IMG/VR virus record: IMGVR_UViG_3300042305_001773
Coordinates: 124,001-188,000 of that record
Length of the DNA stretch: 64,000 bases
Strand: one strand, 5' to 3'
Part shown: positions 50,053-60,389 of the stretch, piece by piece
Layout of the letters: each line of letters begins with the position of its first letter
How positions within the stretch are numbered: the first letter of the stretch is position 1
Translations under genes and position numbers: made by a program
Notes under the pieces: model-generated
What the model saw: only the letters and a program-made list of their open reading frames with translations
What the model was told of the DNA's origin: nothing
Database searches by the model: none

Positions 50053-51663
50053 TTAACACGGCGCCTCTGTTTTACCTTCCGCGTTACAGTGCAGTGTTTG
50101 CACGGTTTCAGCTATAGCTGGTAATGGCGGCAGTCCGTCATCAAGGTTGTTACCGCAATTTGTCAAAATAGGTTGCGCGCTGCTGAGATATGTTCCAGTA
50201 AGCGTGCCGGTGATCACATACGGTCCGCGGGCGCGGGTGTACTCCGCGGCTGGGTTAGTCGGGTCGTACTGATTGAATTTAACCCGAAACTGCACGTACG
50301 CCGAATCACCGGGTTTGATTTGCGGAAACACAGCTGAATACTGGAAACCGCCACCAGTAACGTTGATACCGACGGCCGAGCCGCGAATGCCCGGCGCGTA
50401 CATGGCTGTATACCCGCATTCTAGTTCCGGGCGTACGGCAACCGATGTTTGCGTTTCCGGGTCGGCTGGCACGAGGTCGCCGCTGACTGAAAGGTTTACA
50501 GTCAGGCGTGTCGGCTCGGCGCACGTTTCGCACGGGTTGCAAAGCATCATCACGATATCTAAATACGAGCAACGCTGCGGCACCATAAACAAGCGTAGCG
50601 GGCGCTGTACGCTGCACGACCGTTGATCTAACCAGCGCGCGATGTTGTTCTCGTGCTCTGTGCGCACATTTTCGGCACGCTGCCCGATCAGCTTGTATCG
50701 GTAACTTGTCTCATTCATGTACTGCGCAGTATTTGCATAGTCGTCGCAACCGCAGCACGGAACGCAGTCTGCGCCGACTTGTTGATGCGCCGTCGTAGAC
50801 GGGTTTACCGGGTGCGGCGTCGCGACGCCAACGGTAACGGGGCGTCGAACCCAGAGGCAGTCCGTCGCGCCGAGCCTGAAATCTCCATCTGCGCCAGTCA
50901 CGCCGTTAATCTTTGTGATAGGTACTGCAACGCCACCGGGACAATTGCTGTAGCGCCCCAATCCCGTACCAGCCACCGCGCTAAAATTAACACTCGTAAT
51001 GTTGCGAAAGTTTTTTGTGGCTGGCGGTGTAGTGGTAATTTCTGTGTTGTATCCGTTGTTGAATGTGAACGCGCCGGTATACCGCGGCGAAGTAGTTTGT
51101 CCGTTGCGAACACGCAACGACAATAACCGGCGCGGCATTTTGTATACCGCACGCTCGTCGAGCCGGGCGTTTATAGGCGTCAAAAATTTGTCGTAGTTTC
51201 TGCGCGTATCGTCGTCGGTTTCGCCGTTGTCGTCGTCTGGCCACGTTGTGTAAACAACAAGCCGGCACACCGCCCGCGCCGTTTTCCACTCGTAGATGCG
51301 ATAATCGCCGCTCCACGGTTGGCTGTTAAACGTAGTTCCTGCTGACGTCGTATCGATGATTACGCGGTCGTTTTCGTCGACAATGACGATATCGGCTGCG
51401 TGGGTCGGTGTCGGAAAACCAGCGGGCGGTGCGTTCTCTATGCAACCAATTCCGTATAAATGTTTAATCCGTAGCGGGTGGGCCGCGGGCACAATTGCAG
51501 TGTCGTACTCTCCGTCGTCGTCATAGGCGAGATGCAAGTCGGCTATCAAATAGCGGATATCGGCCGACGGCGCTACGAGCGGATAGTCCAACCCACTTTG
51601 TGGCTGGACGACACCGATACCCGCGCGGCCGTATTTTGATGTTTGAAAGTCGGGGCATGTCAT
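50053..51663 (-). CDS. Cys-rich tail/baseplate paralogue 2
   Basis: SGLDYPL...ITKINGVTGADGDF...CVPCCGCDD. Confidence 0.7.
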   Translation of the reverse strand: MTCPDFQTSKYGRAGIGVVQPQSGLDYPLVAPSADIRYLIADLHLAYDDDGEYDTAIVPAAHPLRIKHLYGIGCIENAPPAGFPTPTHAADIVIVDENDRVIIDTTSAGTTFNSQPWSGDYRIYEWKTARAVCRLVVYTTWPDDDNGETDDDTRRNYDKFLTPINARLDERAVYKMPRRLLSLRVRNGQTTSPRYTGAFTFNNGYNTEITTTPPATKNFRNITSVNFSAVAGTGLGRYSNCPGGVAVPITKINGVTGADGDFRLGATDCLWVRRPVTVGVATPHPVNPSTTAHQQVGADCVPCCGCDDYANTAQYMNETSYRYKLIGQRAENVRTEHENNIARWLDQRSCSVQRPLRLFMVPQRCSYLDIVMMLCNPCETCAEPTRLTVNLSVSGDLVPADPETQTSVAVRPELECGYTAMYAPGIRGSAVGINVTGGGFQYSAVFPQIKPGDSAYVQFRVKFNQYDPTNPAAEYTRARGPYVITGTLTGTYLSSAQPILTNCGNNLDDGLPPLPAIAETVQTLHCNAEGKTEAPC

Positions 51664-51666
51664 GTG

Positions 51667-52611
51667 TCACCCCGACGCTGAGCAGCCCGAGTCGCCGAGC
51701 TGGCTCCCCAGTACGACCAGACTCATCTGTGTTACTTCAGAACCGAGCCGCGTAATAAAGTTTTGCAACGTTGTCACGCCGTCGCCAAACCGGTTGATTT
51801 GATTGACAATAGCGTCCAGCTCCGTGCAGCCGCAGCAAGGTTGCGCGCACGTGTCAGAAAACTTTAAACCGTTGCTCATCGGCGTGATTTGAATGCAATC
51901 GTCTGGAGCAAGAATAAAATTACCGTCTGTGCTGCACACGCCGTTGATACACCGAATACACGATCCAATTTCTGGTGTTTCGCAGTAGCACTCTTCGTTT
52001 AAGTTTGTACCCGAGATCGCGTCAAAAACGATTTCAGTTTCCGTGGCAAATGACACAGCGGTGATGCGCACGTTGTTTCCAGCGACAAGCGTTACGTCGC
52101 CGTAAATAGGCGCGCTCATTTCGCCGTTGTTTGATATGCGCAGCCGCGTGACCGCGCGCAGCATCGGGCGGATCGTATCCGGCTCTAGCTCGCCGGCTGC
52201 AAATGTAAACTCGTACAAACCCGGCGGCATTTGATCAATCTCATCAAGCGTGCCGAGTACGACCCGCCCGACACAGTCATCAAAATCGTCTAAGCCGCCG
52301 AGCGCGTACGACCGATTAGGCTGGTAATTACTTCGGACAATGTTCGCCGCCGCCACGTCAACAGCTGTGCCGTTGTTGTCGTATCCGATAGTGATATTGA
52401 AACCGGTCGGGGCTATTAACAGGCTTTTGATAAAAAAACGATTGGGAGCAAACGCCAGCCCGGAATGAATTGGCAGATACAGCGCGACGATAAAACTATC
52501 GGGCAGTCTGACCGTGCCAGTCGGGTCTGTTTTGGTGGCGCGCTCGGTTAGCGGGTACGACCGCTGCGAGTTGTGATTGAGCCACTGTAGATTCCAGTTT
52601 CCAATCGGCAT
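51667..52611 (-). CDS. Cys-rich tail/baseplate paralogue 1
   Basis: NSQRSYPL...IRCINGVCSTDGNF...CAQPCCGCTEL. Confidence 0.7.
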   Translation of the reverse strand: MPIGNWNLQWLNHNSQRSYPLTERATKTDPTGTVRLPDSFIVALYLPIHSGLAFAPNRFFIKSLLIAPTGFNITIGYDNNGTAVDVAAANIVRSNYQPNRSYALGGLDDFDDCVGRVVLGTLDEIDQMPPGLYEFTFAAGELEPDTIRPMLRAVTRLRISNNGEMSAPIYGDVTLVAGNNVRITAVSFATETEIVFDAISGTNLNEECYCETPEIGSCIRCINGVCSTDGNFILAPDDCIQITPMSNGLKFSDTCAQPCCGCTELDAIVNQINRFGDGVTTLQNFITRLGSEVTQMSLVVLGSQLGDSGCSASG

Positions 52612-52624
52612 GGTGGCTCACCTG

Positions 52625-54484
52625 TTATGTCGCGCTATAGATGATACCCGTAACGCGCAATACGCCGATTTCGCCGTAGGCGTTGTCCTCGGTGCGGCCG
52701 ATGGTGACCAACACGGTGTCGCCCTGTTCTACGTTAAACGGCGCGCTATCGCGCGTGATAACATGATTCATAAACAAATCCGCGCCAGAATTAAATGTGA
52801 GCGAATTGTCTGTTGTTATCAGCGGCTCACCTTCGGTAGACGTCAACGCAGGGGCCGGTAAAATACGTTGAGTCATATACAGCGACGGCATTACTTTTTT
52901 ACTGTTATTTGGTCCGCTGTCGCGCCCAAACAACTGCACGCGAATTTTCATTTGCAGATTATCGCCGAGATTGCTGCCGGGCACATTAAACCGCAAGCGC
53001 AGCAACGACGCCTGATCACCCGGAAAACCGAGATAGGGAATGTCCATATACAGCCGCTCAACGGCATCGCTCAGCCGAATGATCTGCGGCGAAATCTCGC
53101 GTTCGACTAGCTGATCCGTGTAATCTATTTTTAGAATCCCTTGGTGCAGCGTGATCGGCGTTGTTATTCCGTCAAGGTTGAACTGCGCTTTTTCTTGCTC
53201 TGTTAACGCGCGCGGGTTTGCACGTGAACCTGTAATAGCAATCTGATTTGACAGCGTAAACGCACCCTCAGCGATCCAGCCGCGCGTTAACTGGTGCCGG
53301 TTGATTACGCCCTTAAGCGCCTGCCCGCCGGCCGTATCGGCGGCTGCAATTTGCAAATCTAAGTTGAGTTGCAGGTCGCCAGTCGACGCCGGATCATCTG
53401 CGCAGTTCGAAATAGCAATTGGGCTTGTAACTGTTGCGGCAGCGGGGGTAACCACCGTCTCGGGTGTTGTTCCGTCGACGTCTTTTACGAGGCTTGTGAC
53501 GACGTTACGATCATTGCCTGTGAGCATTCGGAGATACACCACAGATACGCGCATATGCTCGTAGCGCGGGCATTCAGCTGTTTCTTCTGGGTGCTCCGTA
53601 GGTGGTGTAAACGGTACGTCATCTTCGCAATCGCTCATCCACCAAATGCCGTTGGTGTCACAAATCGCAAGGCCGGTCGAACCAAGCGGGATCTCGGTCG
53701 CGCCGACGTGATTCACGCCTTTGTCCCACAGCATGGCGACAGACTGAATCGGGAGCGGCGGCCAGACGTTTGAAAGCGCCGGATGCTGACTCAGGTTGTA
53801 ACCAAACACGGCGCCATTCGGCGCTTTGCCGTTAAAGCTCGCGTGGTTTGCCGGCAACCAGCCCGGGTCGTTTGCCGTTGCGGCTTGCAGTGTTACAAGA
53901 TCAAAACGATAGTGCGTGTGGTCGTCAATGAAGTCCCGAATGTGCGGCATGACAACGACGCGCGGTACAGTCGTGCAACTGTCTTTCGGCCCTTGCACGT
54001 GGCATACACTGACAGTTACAGCCGGGCGCTGCTTTACGAGTTTGCCAGCTTCAGCGGCCGACAGGTAATAGCGGCCCGGCGTGATTGCGCCGTCAATAGC
54101 GTTGGCTAATTCGGGGATATCGACAATCCCGCGCAGCACGATATCGCCAAGTGTTTCGGAGCGTTTGCGTACGCAGATACCGACGCAATCCGACGACGGT
54201 TGCACGACAAGCGTTTGAGTGTTGGCGTCTGGCTCGACAGCTGCCATTGCCCGCTCATACCGATGCTCGGCCCAGTTCCAGTAAACTGGCTGCCCGGGTA
54301 GTACGGAGCTACAGATAGTCGCGTTGCTATCGACTAGTACCTTGCCAAGCTCAGCCGCGTCGAGGCGATCTTTGAGGTAATCCGTGCGGTCTTCAAGCGT
54401 ACGGTCTGGGCGCGAAACTACGCCAGCCTGTACGGGCTCACCCGGATTAACGTGTTTGATGTTGTGCAGCCAGTTCCCGGACAT
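52625..54484 (-). CDS. tail fibre/baseplate-anchoring protein
   Basis: N-term RP...LEDRTDYLK (fibre-anchor-like); ITPGRYYLS...GKL. Confidence 0.65.
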   Translation of the reverse strand: MSGNWLHNIKHVNPGEPVQAGVVSRPDRTLEDRTDYLKDRLDAAELGKVLVDSNATICSSVLPGQPVYWNWAEHRYERAMAAVEPDANTQTLVVQPSSDCVGICVRKRSETLGDIVLRGIVDIPELANAIDGAITPGRYYLSAAEAGKLVKQRPAVTVSVCHVQGPKDSCTTVPRVVVMPHIRDFIDDHTHYRFDLVTLQAATANDPGWLPANHASFNGKAPNGAVFGYNLSQHPALSNVWPPLPIQSVAMLWDKGVNHVGATEIPLGSTGLAICDTNGIWWMSDCEDDVPFTPPTEHPEETAECPRYEHMRVSVVYLRMLTGNDRNVVTSLVKDVDGTTPETVVTPAAATVTSPIAISNCADDPASTGDLQLNLDLQIAAADTAGGQALKGVINRHQLTRGWIAEGAFTLSNQIAITGSRANPRALTEQEKAQFNLDGITTPITLHQGILKIDYTDQLVEREISPQIIRLSDAVERLYMDIPYLGFPGDQASLLRLRFNVPGSNLGDNLQMKIRVQLFGRDSGPNNSKKVMPSLYMTQRILPAPALTSTEGEPLITTDNSLTFNSGADLFMNHVITRDSAPFNVEQGDTVLVTIGRTEDNAYGEIGVLRVTGIIYSAT

Positions 54485-54508
54485 CCTTGTCCTCCGGCAG
54501 TTAGTTGA

Positions 54509-55141
54509 TTACAAGAACGCGACATCCCAAGTGATGCCGATTTGCGATGACGCTTCCTTGGTCACCTGATTTCCGCCGCTAAAAACTGTTCGCGCAAACA
54601 CGACGTCTTTTGATCGATCGCTTAACACCGGCGCGGCTATGAGAGCGGCGGCGTACACGCGGCTGTTGTTTGCGCTGTTAAACTGCCGCTCTTCACCTTC
54701 GTACACAACGCGCGCTTCGGAGGTCTGCGCAAAGAACGTGAGCTGATTGCCAGATTGATTAACGGGTAGGTTGGCGTCGTAACCGGCCGACACGCTTAAG
54801 GCTGGTTCAATGCTCAGCGGGACGCGAATAAAATTGCGCGTCTGAGAGTCGACTAGCGAGTTGTAGTACGTGATATCTACGTTACGGCCGAAGCTGGGTG
54901 TCGAGACAGTCAGCTCGGGATCGATGTTTTCGTACTCGATGTACATAGCCGAAATGTGATAATCCAGCCGGTCAGGCTGCCGACGATAGCCCAGCTGTTT
55001 GGCAGCGATAAACCCCCAGCCGTATTGGATCTGGTTTGCTTGCGAGAACAACGGCAGCTTTAGGCCGGTCTTCTCGTCAATGCGCCACACCGACACGTGT
55101 CCGCGTACGCCAAAAGCGGGGGTAATGTTATCGGCAGCCAT
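54509..55141 (-). CDS. baseplate wedge/fibre-attachment protein
   Basis: C-term FARTVF...TK......ITW.V.F typical of fibre-attachment proteins. Confidence 0.6.
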   Translation of the reverse strand: MAADNITPAFGVRGHVSVWRIDEKTGLKLPLFSQANQIQYGWGFIAAKQLGYRRQPDRLDYHISAMYIEYENIDPELTVSTPSFGRNVDITYYNSLVDSQTRNFIRVPLSIEPALSVSAGYDANLPVNQSGNQLTFFAQTSEARVVYEGEERQFNSANNSRVYAAALIAAPVLSDRSKDVVFARTVFSGGNQVTKEASSQIGITWDVAFL

Positions 55142-55150
55142 GTGTTGTCC

Positions 55151-56872
55151 TTATTGGCAGGTACCGGACACGAGTCTGGCGGTGGCGCCCAAATCGTGCA
55201 CTAAAGATACCGGTACGTCGTCGTTTGCGGGGTTCATTCCTGTAAAGCGCGTTACGGCCTCAAAAACGGCGTCCTCTGGCGTTATCTTATCTTTATCGGC
55301 CGCCAGCTCGAAAATCACGATCATTGCCGTTTGCGGCGGTAATAACTGACGTAGATGCCTAATATTGTACAGTCCCAGATGATTTAGCCCTAGCGCACTT
55401 ACCGAGATTCTTACCACAAATACGTTATTTCTCAGCACGTTTTCAACTAGGAAACGTAACGGGTTAATTGTCTTCGGTAAATGCGCCACCGTCGGTTCCG
55501 TGGCGGCGTTAACTCGTTTATCGAGCAACTGCGCCAGCGTGCCAATTTTGGGTTTAAGCGCGCAATCTGGCTGCGCTTTTCGAAACTCAGCAGCCTGTAC
55601 GCCGCGCTCATGAATCTCGTCAAAGAACTGTTGCACGTCTGCCGGATAACCGCCTAAACGGAATTTTACGTATGTGTAGCCGGTGTGGTGTGCGGTGTTT
55701 ACTTCAAGCGGCACGTTTTGGTTTTCAAAGACAAGGTCGCCGTAAAAGCACGACGAAAGGAATCCGCTATCCAGTGCCAGCGCCGTAATAGCTCGACGAA
55801 CCGGTTGACAAGAATCTGCGTTCGGATCAAGCAACAGCTCGTCTTCTGCTTCGGTCGCTAGCGGTTCCCATGCGTTGCTGGCCAGAATGTTGTTAGGCGG
55901 CGGGCAGCAAATAATCTCGCCCGGCGTTTCTCGCGCGTACGTATTGCCAACAAAGAACTCGTATACGTCGATGCCGTGAACGAGCGGCGTACCAGCGGAG
56001 ATTGTCTGCCCGACTTCAACGCGCGGTACAGTGTTTTCTGCAAAACGATAGACAGCTTTGTCTGTCACAATAAGAATGCCGCGTGCATCGTCGTCAACAA
56101 GCTCGACGGTCTCTACAGGCCCAATACTGACTGGTACGCCGCAGATCGCGGCGATTGCGGCGTCGAGCACGGTCGCTGTTGCGCCGCCCTCTACGAGCCC
56201 GGAGATGACGGCGTTTGTTAAATCTTTGTACGCCTGACTGGTGCGCAGCTTTATACCGACCGCGTAGGCAAATTGATTAAAGACTGTGTTGTAATCGAAC
56301 TGGCCGCAAAACCCCCACAGTGTCAGCTCTTCGTCGTCGGAGTTGTTGGGTGACGGGCGCTTTGTGAACACCGGGTTTTCAAACGGGTCTTTGGCAAAAA
56401 CAATGGCGTTTCGCGTTGTGTCGATGAGGAAGTCCGAGTTTTTGATCAGTACGCCCGTGGGGTACGTAATGCGGTTAAACAACTGCATCACGTCTGTTAA
56501 CCCAGCCGGAAGCGGGAACGAGAAGAAAGTTGTCGTTGGTGGCACGTCAAACCGCAGCCCAGAATCAAACGTAGCTGAATTGCGGTCAAACTGTGTAATT
56601 GTCGTGCGCGCGGTGTTACGCTCAGATTTCTTTAAGACAATTGGAGTCAGCGTTTCCGCGTGAAACAGCGGTACGTCAAAACGGCTCAACGCCTCAATAG
56701 TTTCAATGAGGTTTTGATACGTTTGATTTACAACTTGCGCGGTTGCAATTGCGTACGAATGCACCTGATCTACGCCCGTGTACGTGCGCGCCCAGAAACT
56801 ACCCAGCGCCGCGATCAGGTTGCGGCTGCGGTCAAAGTCAGACCCGGGGTATACAAATTCTGGTTTGTTCAT
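55151..56872 (-). CDS. baseplate wedge protein (gp7/gpI position)
   Basis: Directly after baseplate J; LGSFW at N-term, LRQLLPP near C-term. Confidence 0.6.
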   Translation of the reverse strand: MNKPEFVYPGSDFDRSRNLIAALGSFWARTYTGVDQVHSYAIATAQVVNQTYQNLIETIEALSRFDVPLFHAETLTPIVLKKSERNTARTTITQFDRNSATFDSGLRFDVPPTTTFFSFPLPAGLTDVMQLFNRITYPTGVLIKNSDFLIDTTRNAIVFAKDPFENPVFTKRPSPNNSDDEELTLWGFCGQFDYNTVFNQFAYAVGIKLRTSQAYKDLTNAVISGLVEGGATATVLDAAIAAICGVPVSIGPVETVELVDDDARGILIVTDKAVYRFAENTVPRVEVGQTISAGTPLVHGIDVYEFFVGNTYARETPGEIICCPPPNNILASNAWEPLATEAEDELLLDPNADSCQPVRRAITALALDSGFLSSCFYGDLVFENQNVPLEVNTAHHTGYTYVKFRLGGYPADVQQFFDEIHERGVQAAEFRKAQPDCALKPKIGTLAQLLDKRVNAATEPTVAHLPKTINPLRFLVENVLRNNVFVVRISVSALGLNHLGLYNIRHLRQLLPPQTAMIVIFELAADKDKITPEDAVFEAVTRFTGMNPANDDVPVSLVHDLGATARLVSGTCQ

Positions 56873-56874
56873 GG

Positions 56875-58596
56875 TCAGTTAGCCCAGCCGGCAGAGACAA
56901 CAGACACCGACACGTCTTGCGGTCCGGTTAAAAACACAGTTGTGCGGCCGGTAACGAGGCGGGCGATGTCCGTAGGTAGTTTCAAAATTGTGTTGTCACG
57001 CACATACATGATGCTGCCGTCGGGGCGGCGAATACGGCCAAACATATCAATACTGCCGAGCGCCTGCTGACTCGATAGGTGTTTGTGCGCGGCGTTACTG
57101 ATGACCGACGCGTGCAGCTGCCCGGAGAACCCAACACTGGCGACCGCGGCGCTGACGCTCTTTTGAATAGCTTCAATATCAGGCGTAGCGACGGCGGGGC
57201 TTTTGCGGATCTCAAACGAAATCTTTGTGAAACACGGCACAGCAGCTTTTACAAGCACGTCGGCAGCACGGGGGCGAGTATCGCGTCCGGCAAAATAGTC
57301 TTGTAACTCGCCGATCAGCGGCATGCCCGTCGTGGTGATGGCGTACCACTTTTTCGTCTGGTTTGGAATCAGCGCTGTCGCCGGTTGGATGTCGGTGTTC
57401 ACAAAACGGATGATGGCAGTCTGATATCGTGTATACGCGCTTTCGTGGAGATACAGCACGTCGGGCACGAAATCGAGTTCTAAGAAATCAGCCGTTCTTG
57501 TGTCTTGCAGCACGGAGTAATTTGCTTGCGGCACTCCAGCCAGCGCCGGATCCACGATGCGCGTGACTTCGTAAAACCCGGGGGCAGTGTTTCGACCAAT
57601 TGAGACCTGCCAGACAGTGCCGGTTGGTGTGCCGCCAACCAGAGCCTGTTCGTCGCAATTCCCGGCTGGAGTCGTCGGCGGCGTGTATGGTCCGACGTAA
57701 GTTGCCTCTAGCAAGTGCTCAATTTCTTGCGCGGACGCGTTGGTCTGCGCGTAGATGTCAACTTTTCCGCCACCCGAGATCGGGAACAAGGAGTGCTGGT
57801 CGCGCTGCTGCTCCGCGTCGCCGCAACCTAATACAGACAGGTGCTTGGTGTTTTTGAAGACCGGCTGCGCCATCACGGCCGCGACGTAGCTGGCGCGGCT
57901 GCCGATGGTCTTTGCCGCTAACCCTGTTGACAACCGCGCTAAATATTCTTCGTTGGTGGCTGGATCGCGACCGTCAATAAAATCTGCGGCTGCAAACGCG
58001 GCCGCTACGTTATTTAAAAGGTTGTCAGGAATCAGATTGACGCCGCGTTTAATGTTGCCAGCCGCACCAATTGAAAGTGCAACCACGTTGACCGTGGCGG
58101 CAAAAGTCCCGTCACCGACCGGGATCATTTTGCGTTGATTTGCGTCAGTCAGCGCTTCTGTCGTTGTTGTCGGTAATATGAGAAACGCCCCAGTTGGCAC
58201 AAAAATGGTTTCAGCGTCTTCGGCCGTAAACCGCACGGTGGCGGGAATCTCGGTGCGTACATCCGCGTTGAAAATGATCGTAATCGACCCGACGGCCGGA
58301 GTGCCGTTGTCGCGCTGCACGTTGAAGTTAGACAGCACCTGATCAACGATGTCCGTGTCAGCGAGCGTCGGGTCTTGCGTAATCTTTAATAGGCTGTTGC
58401 TTTGCTGAACGCGCGCAATGTTTTCTTGAATCGCCGCGTTTAACAGGCCGTCAAAATACAACACAAGATCGTGAAATACGCCGCGCGTTAGCTCGACCTC
58501 TGGGTGGCGTTCCACCATAAGCTGCGACAACGTCGCAACCATTTCTTGCACTTTAGTTGGGCTAAGCTGCGTTAAACTGGTTATTTCAATCGGCAT
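56875..58596 (-). CDS. baseplate J-like (gp6/gp47) wedge protein
   Basis: VVALSIGAAGNI...GRDPATNEEYLARL...GGKVDIY. Confidence 0.85.
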   Translation of the reverse strand: MPIEITSLTQLSPTKVQEMVATLSQLMVERHPEVELTRGVFHDLVLYFDGLLNAAIQENIARVQQSNSLLKITQDPTLADTDIVDQVLSNFNVQRDNGTPAVGSITIIFNADVRTEIPATVRFTAEDAETIFVPTGAFLILPTTTTEALTDANQRKMIPVGDGTFAATVNVVALSIGAAGNIKRGVNLIPDNLLNNVAAAFAAADFIDGRDPATNEEYLARLSTGLAAKTIGSRASYVAAVMAQPVFKNTKHLSVLGCGDAEQQRDQHSLFPISGGGKVDIYAQTNASAQEIEHLLEATYVGPYTPPTTPAGNCDEQALVGGTPTGTVWQVSIGRNTAPGFYEVTRIVDPALAGVPQANYSVLQDTRTADFLELDFVPDVLYLHESAYTRYQTAIIRFVNTDIQPATALIPNQTKKWYAITTTGMPLIGELQDYFAGRDTRPRAADVLVKAAVPCFTKISFEIRKSPAVATPDIEAIQKSVSAAVASVGFSGQLHASVISNAAHKHLSSQQALGSIDMFGRIRRPDGSIMYVRDNTILKLPTDIARLVTGRTTVFLTGPQDVSVSVVSAGWAN

Positions 58597-58597
58597 A

Positions 58598-59071
58598 TTA
58601 CACCTGTGGTAGCGTGGCTACCGGTAAAATCACAACCCGCTCGTCGCCGGCAATGCTTGTAATCATAACACGCATGTTTAGATATCCCGGCAGGATTGCA
58701 ACAGATAACAATTCAGCGTCGTCAAATCGCTCGTCGTCAGGCATTCCTTCGTATTCTTCGTTTTGTAGCGTAACGCGTAACCGTAGATTGGCGGCATAAA
58801 AGTTCTGAGTAACGTCAAGCTGGCTGCGCATCTGCCCCTGTCGGACCAGCGTCATAAAATCGGTGCCGCGATCTGGGAGGCCGGGCATTGAACCGATCTC
58901 GGTCAGAAACTCTAGCGCCCAGCGCTGCGCCAACTTTTGGATACCGACGCAAATAAGCCCGCTGTTGTCTTCGTCATATAGGACTAGACCAAGTTTGTTG
59001 TCGCGCGCAGTGTTGACATTCTGCAACGCGAGATAGTCGTATTTGCGGTTTGCAAAGTCAGCTAGGCTCAT
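58598..59071 (-). CDS. gp25-like baseplate/sheath initiator
   Basis: GIQKLAQR....LTEIGS.P..P.RGT.F; upstream of J. Confidence 0.7.
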   Translation of the reverse strand: MSLADFANRKYDYLALQNVNTARDNKLGLVLYDEDNSGLICVGIQKLAQRWALEFLTEIGSMPGLPDRGTDFMTLVRQGQMRSQLDVTQNFYAANLRLRVTLQNEEYEGMPDDERFDDAELLSVAILPGYLNMRVMITSIAGDERVVILPVATLPQV

Positions 59072-59073
59072 TG

Positions 59074-59556
59074 TTAACCTCCGGCCGCGCCGGCATCAAT
59101 GTGAGTTTGTACGTTGTCTTTGAAGAACGAAAACACGCTGACTTTCGCTTTACCGTGCCCGTTTAGGCGCCCGTGCATGAACGACATGCACCGCGCGTAA
59201 CTTGCATGCCGCGTCCGCCACGCCCGCTCTTCTACGGCCATAAAGTCCGCCTGCCATTTCATTGCTATTAAGTCACCGGTCGTTCCGCCTTGCTTCTCCG
59301 GCCCCGCGAGCACTGAGTCCGAGTAGATTTGATTAATGTTGTTGCGGTCCCAGCTCGGAAAACTCATGCCGGGAACGTCGAGCAGTTCTTTTGTTTTGAT
59401 CTCTTCTGGTGTGTGCCACGGGCGCCACTCAGTCATGTAGTTTTTGAAGACTTCGGCCATTTTCTTGGCGCGCTCTTCCAGCTGGTCGATACGGGCTTGA
59501 AACTTTCCGTCGACCTGCCCTTTTTTTGCGCCGAGGCCGGGTTTTTCTTCTGCCAT
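59074..59556 (-). CDS. hypothetical protein
   Basis: AAGGAG RBS; inside the baseplate cluster. Confidence 0.65.
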   Translation of the reverse strand: MAEEKPGLGAKKGQVDGKFQARIDQLEERAKKMAEVFKNYMTEWRPWHTPEEIKTKELLDVPGMSFPSWDRNNINQIYSDSVLAGPEKQGGTTGDLIAMKWQADFMAVEERAWRTRHASYARCMSFMHGRLNGHGKAKVSVFSFFKDNVQTHIDAGAAGG

Positions 59557-59565
59557 GACAGCTCC

Positions 59566-60387
59566 TTAAAAATTGCCTTGCGTATATTGTTTGTCGAGCA
59601 TTGCCTGAATCTTGGCGGCGCGCTGACTTACAGCGCCGGGCGTGATGTTTAATCGTCGCGCAATTTCTTGTGTGCTGGTTTTTCTTCGTCCGTTGCGGCC
59701 AAGTGTCATATCCGCAATTAACTTGTCGACCGGACCAAGATCTTCATAGACAAAGTTAAACCACGCGTCGGCGGATCGATTGCTGTTTGGAATCGTGCTC
59801 GCGACATCACCGCCGTAGCTTTCTTCGTCGGTGACTTCGCGCGTTGTCATGCCCTCTGATACCGGCTGGTTAAACGCGCGGATTTTCTGAATACGGCGTT
59901 TTGACAGCCCGGTGTGATCCGCCAGCTCGTCGTCCGTAGGGTCACGACCTAGCTGGTCGTACAGCTCGGATTCGCTCTCCGTTAGCCGTCCGTAATCGAG
60001 GCCGACCTGCTCAGGAATCGAGATGATGTTTTGCGCCTGCGCAGACACGCGGCGCAAACTCTGCAACTGCGACAGCAAGTGTGTGCGCACGTTACCGCGC
60101 TGCGGGTCGTATGTATCCAACGCTTTGAGCGCCATAAGCCGCGCCTTGGAGCGGGTTGTCGGGCTGGCGTTTTGGCCGGCGTAACTCATCACGGCCGTGT
60201 CGATAACCGGCTGAAGCGTCCCCAGCAGCGCCGTATTCGTTTCCGGCGTTTTAGTGCGCTGCCATTGCGCATAAGCGTTGTCAAAGTCGGTGCTGACGCC
60301 AGTCGGCATTCGGGCCGAGAACGGCGCGGGCACGTCGCCTAAAATAGACGGCATGCCGGCTGGCGTACTGGTTTTGTTATCAGCCAT
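59566..60387 (-). CDS. RNA polymerase sigma-70-family factor (FliA/SigF-like)
   Basis: Region 2 ALDTYDPQRG; region 3 LGRDPTDDELAD; region 4 STQEIARRLNITPGAVSQR. Confidence 0.88.
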   Translation of the reverse strand: MADNKTSTPAGMPSILGDVPAPFSARMPTGVSTDFDNAYAQWQRTKTPETNTALLGTLQPVIDTAVMSYAGQNASPTTRSKARLMALKALDTYDPQRGNVRTHLLSQLQSLRRVSAQAQNIISIPEQVGLDYGRLTESESELYDQLGRDPTDDELADHTGLSKRRIQKIRAFNQPVSEGMTTREVTDEESYGGDVASTIPNSNRSADAWFNFVYEDLGPVDKLIADMTLGRNGRRKTSTQEIARRLNITPGAVSQRAAKIQAMLDKQYTQGNF

Positions 60388-60389
60388 GA

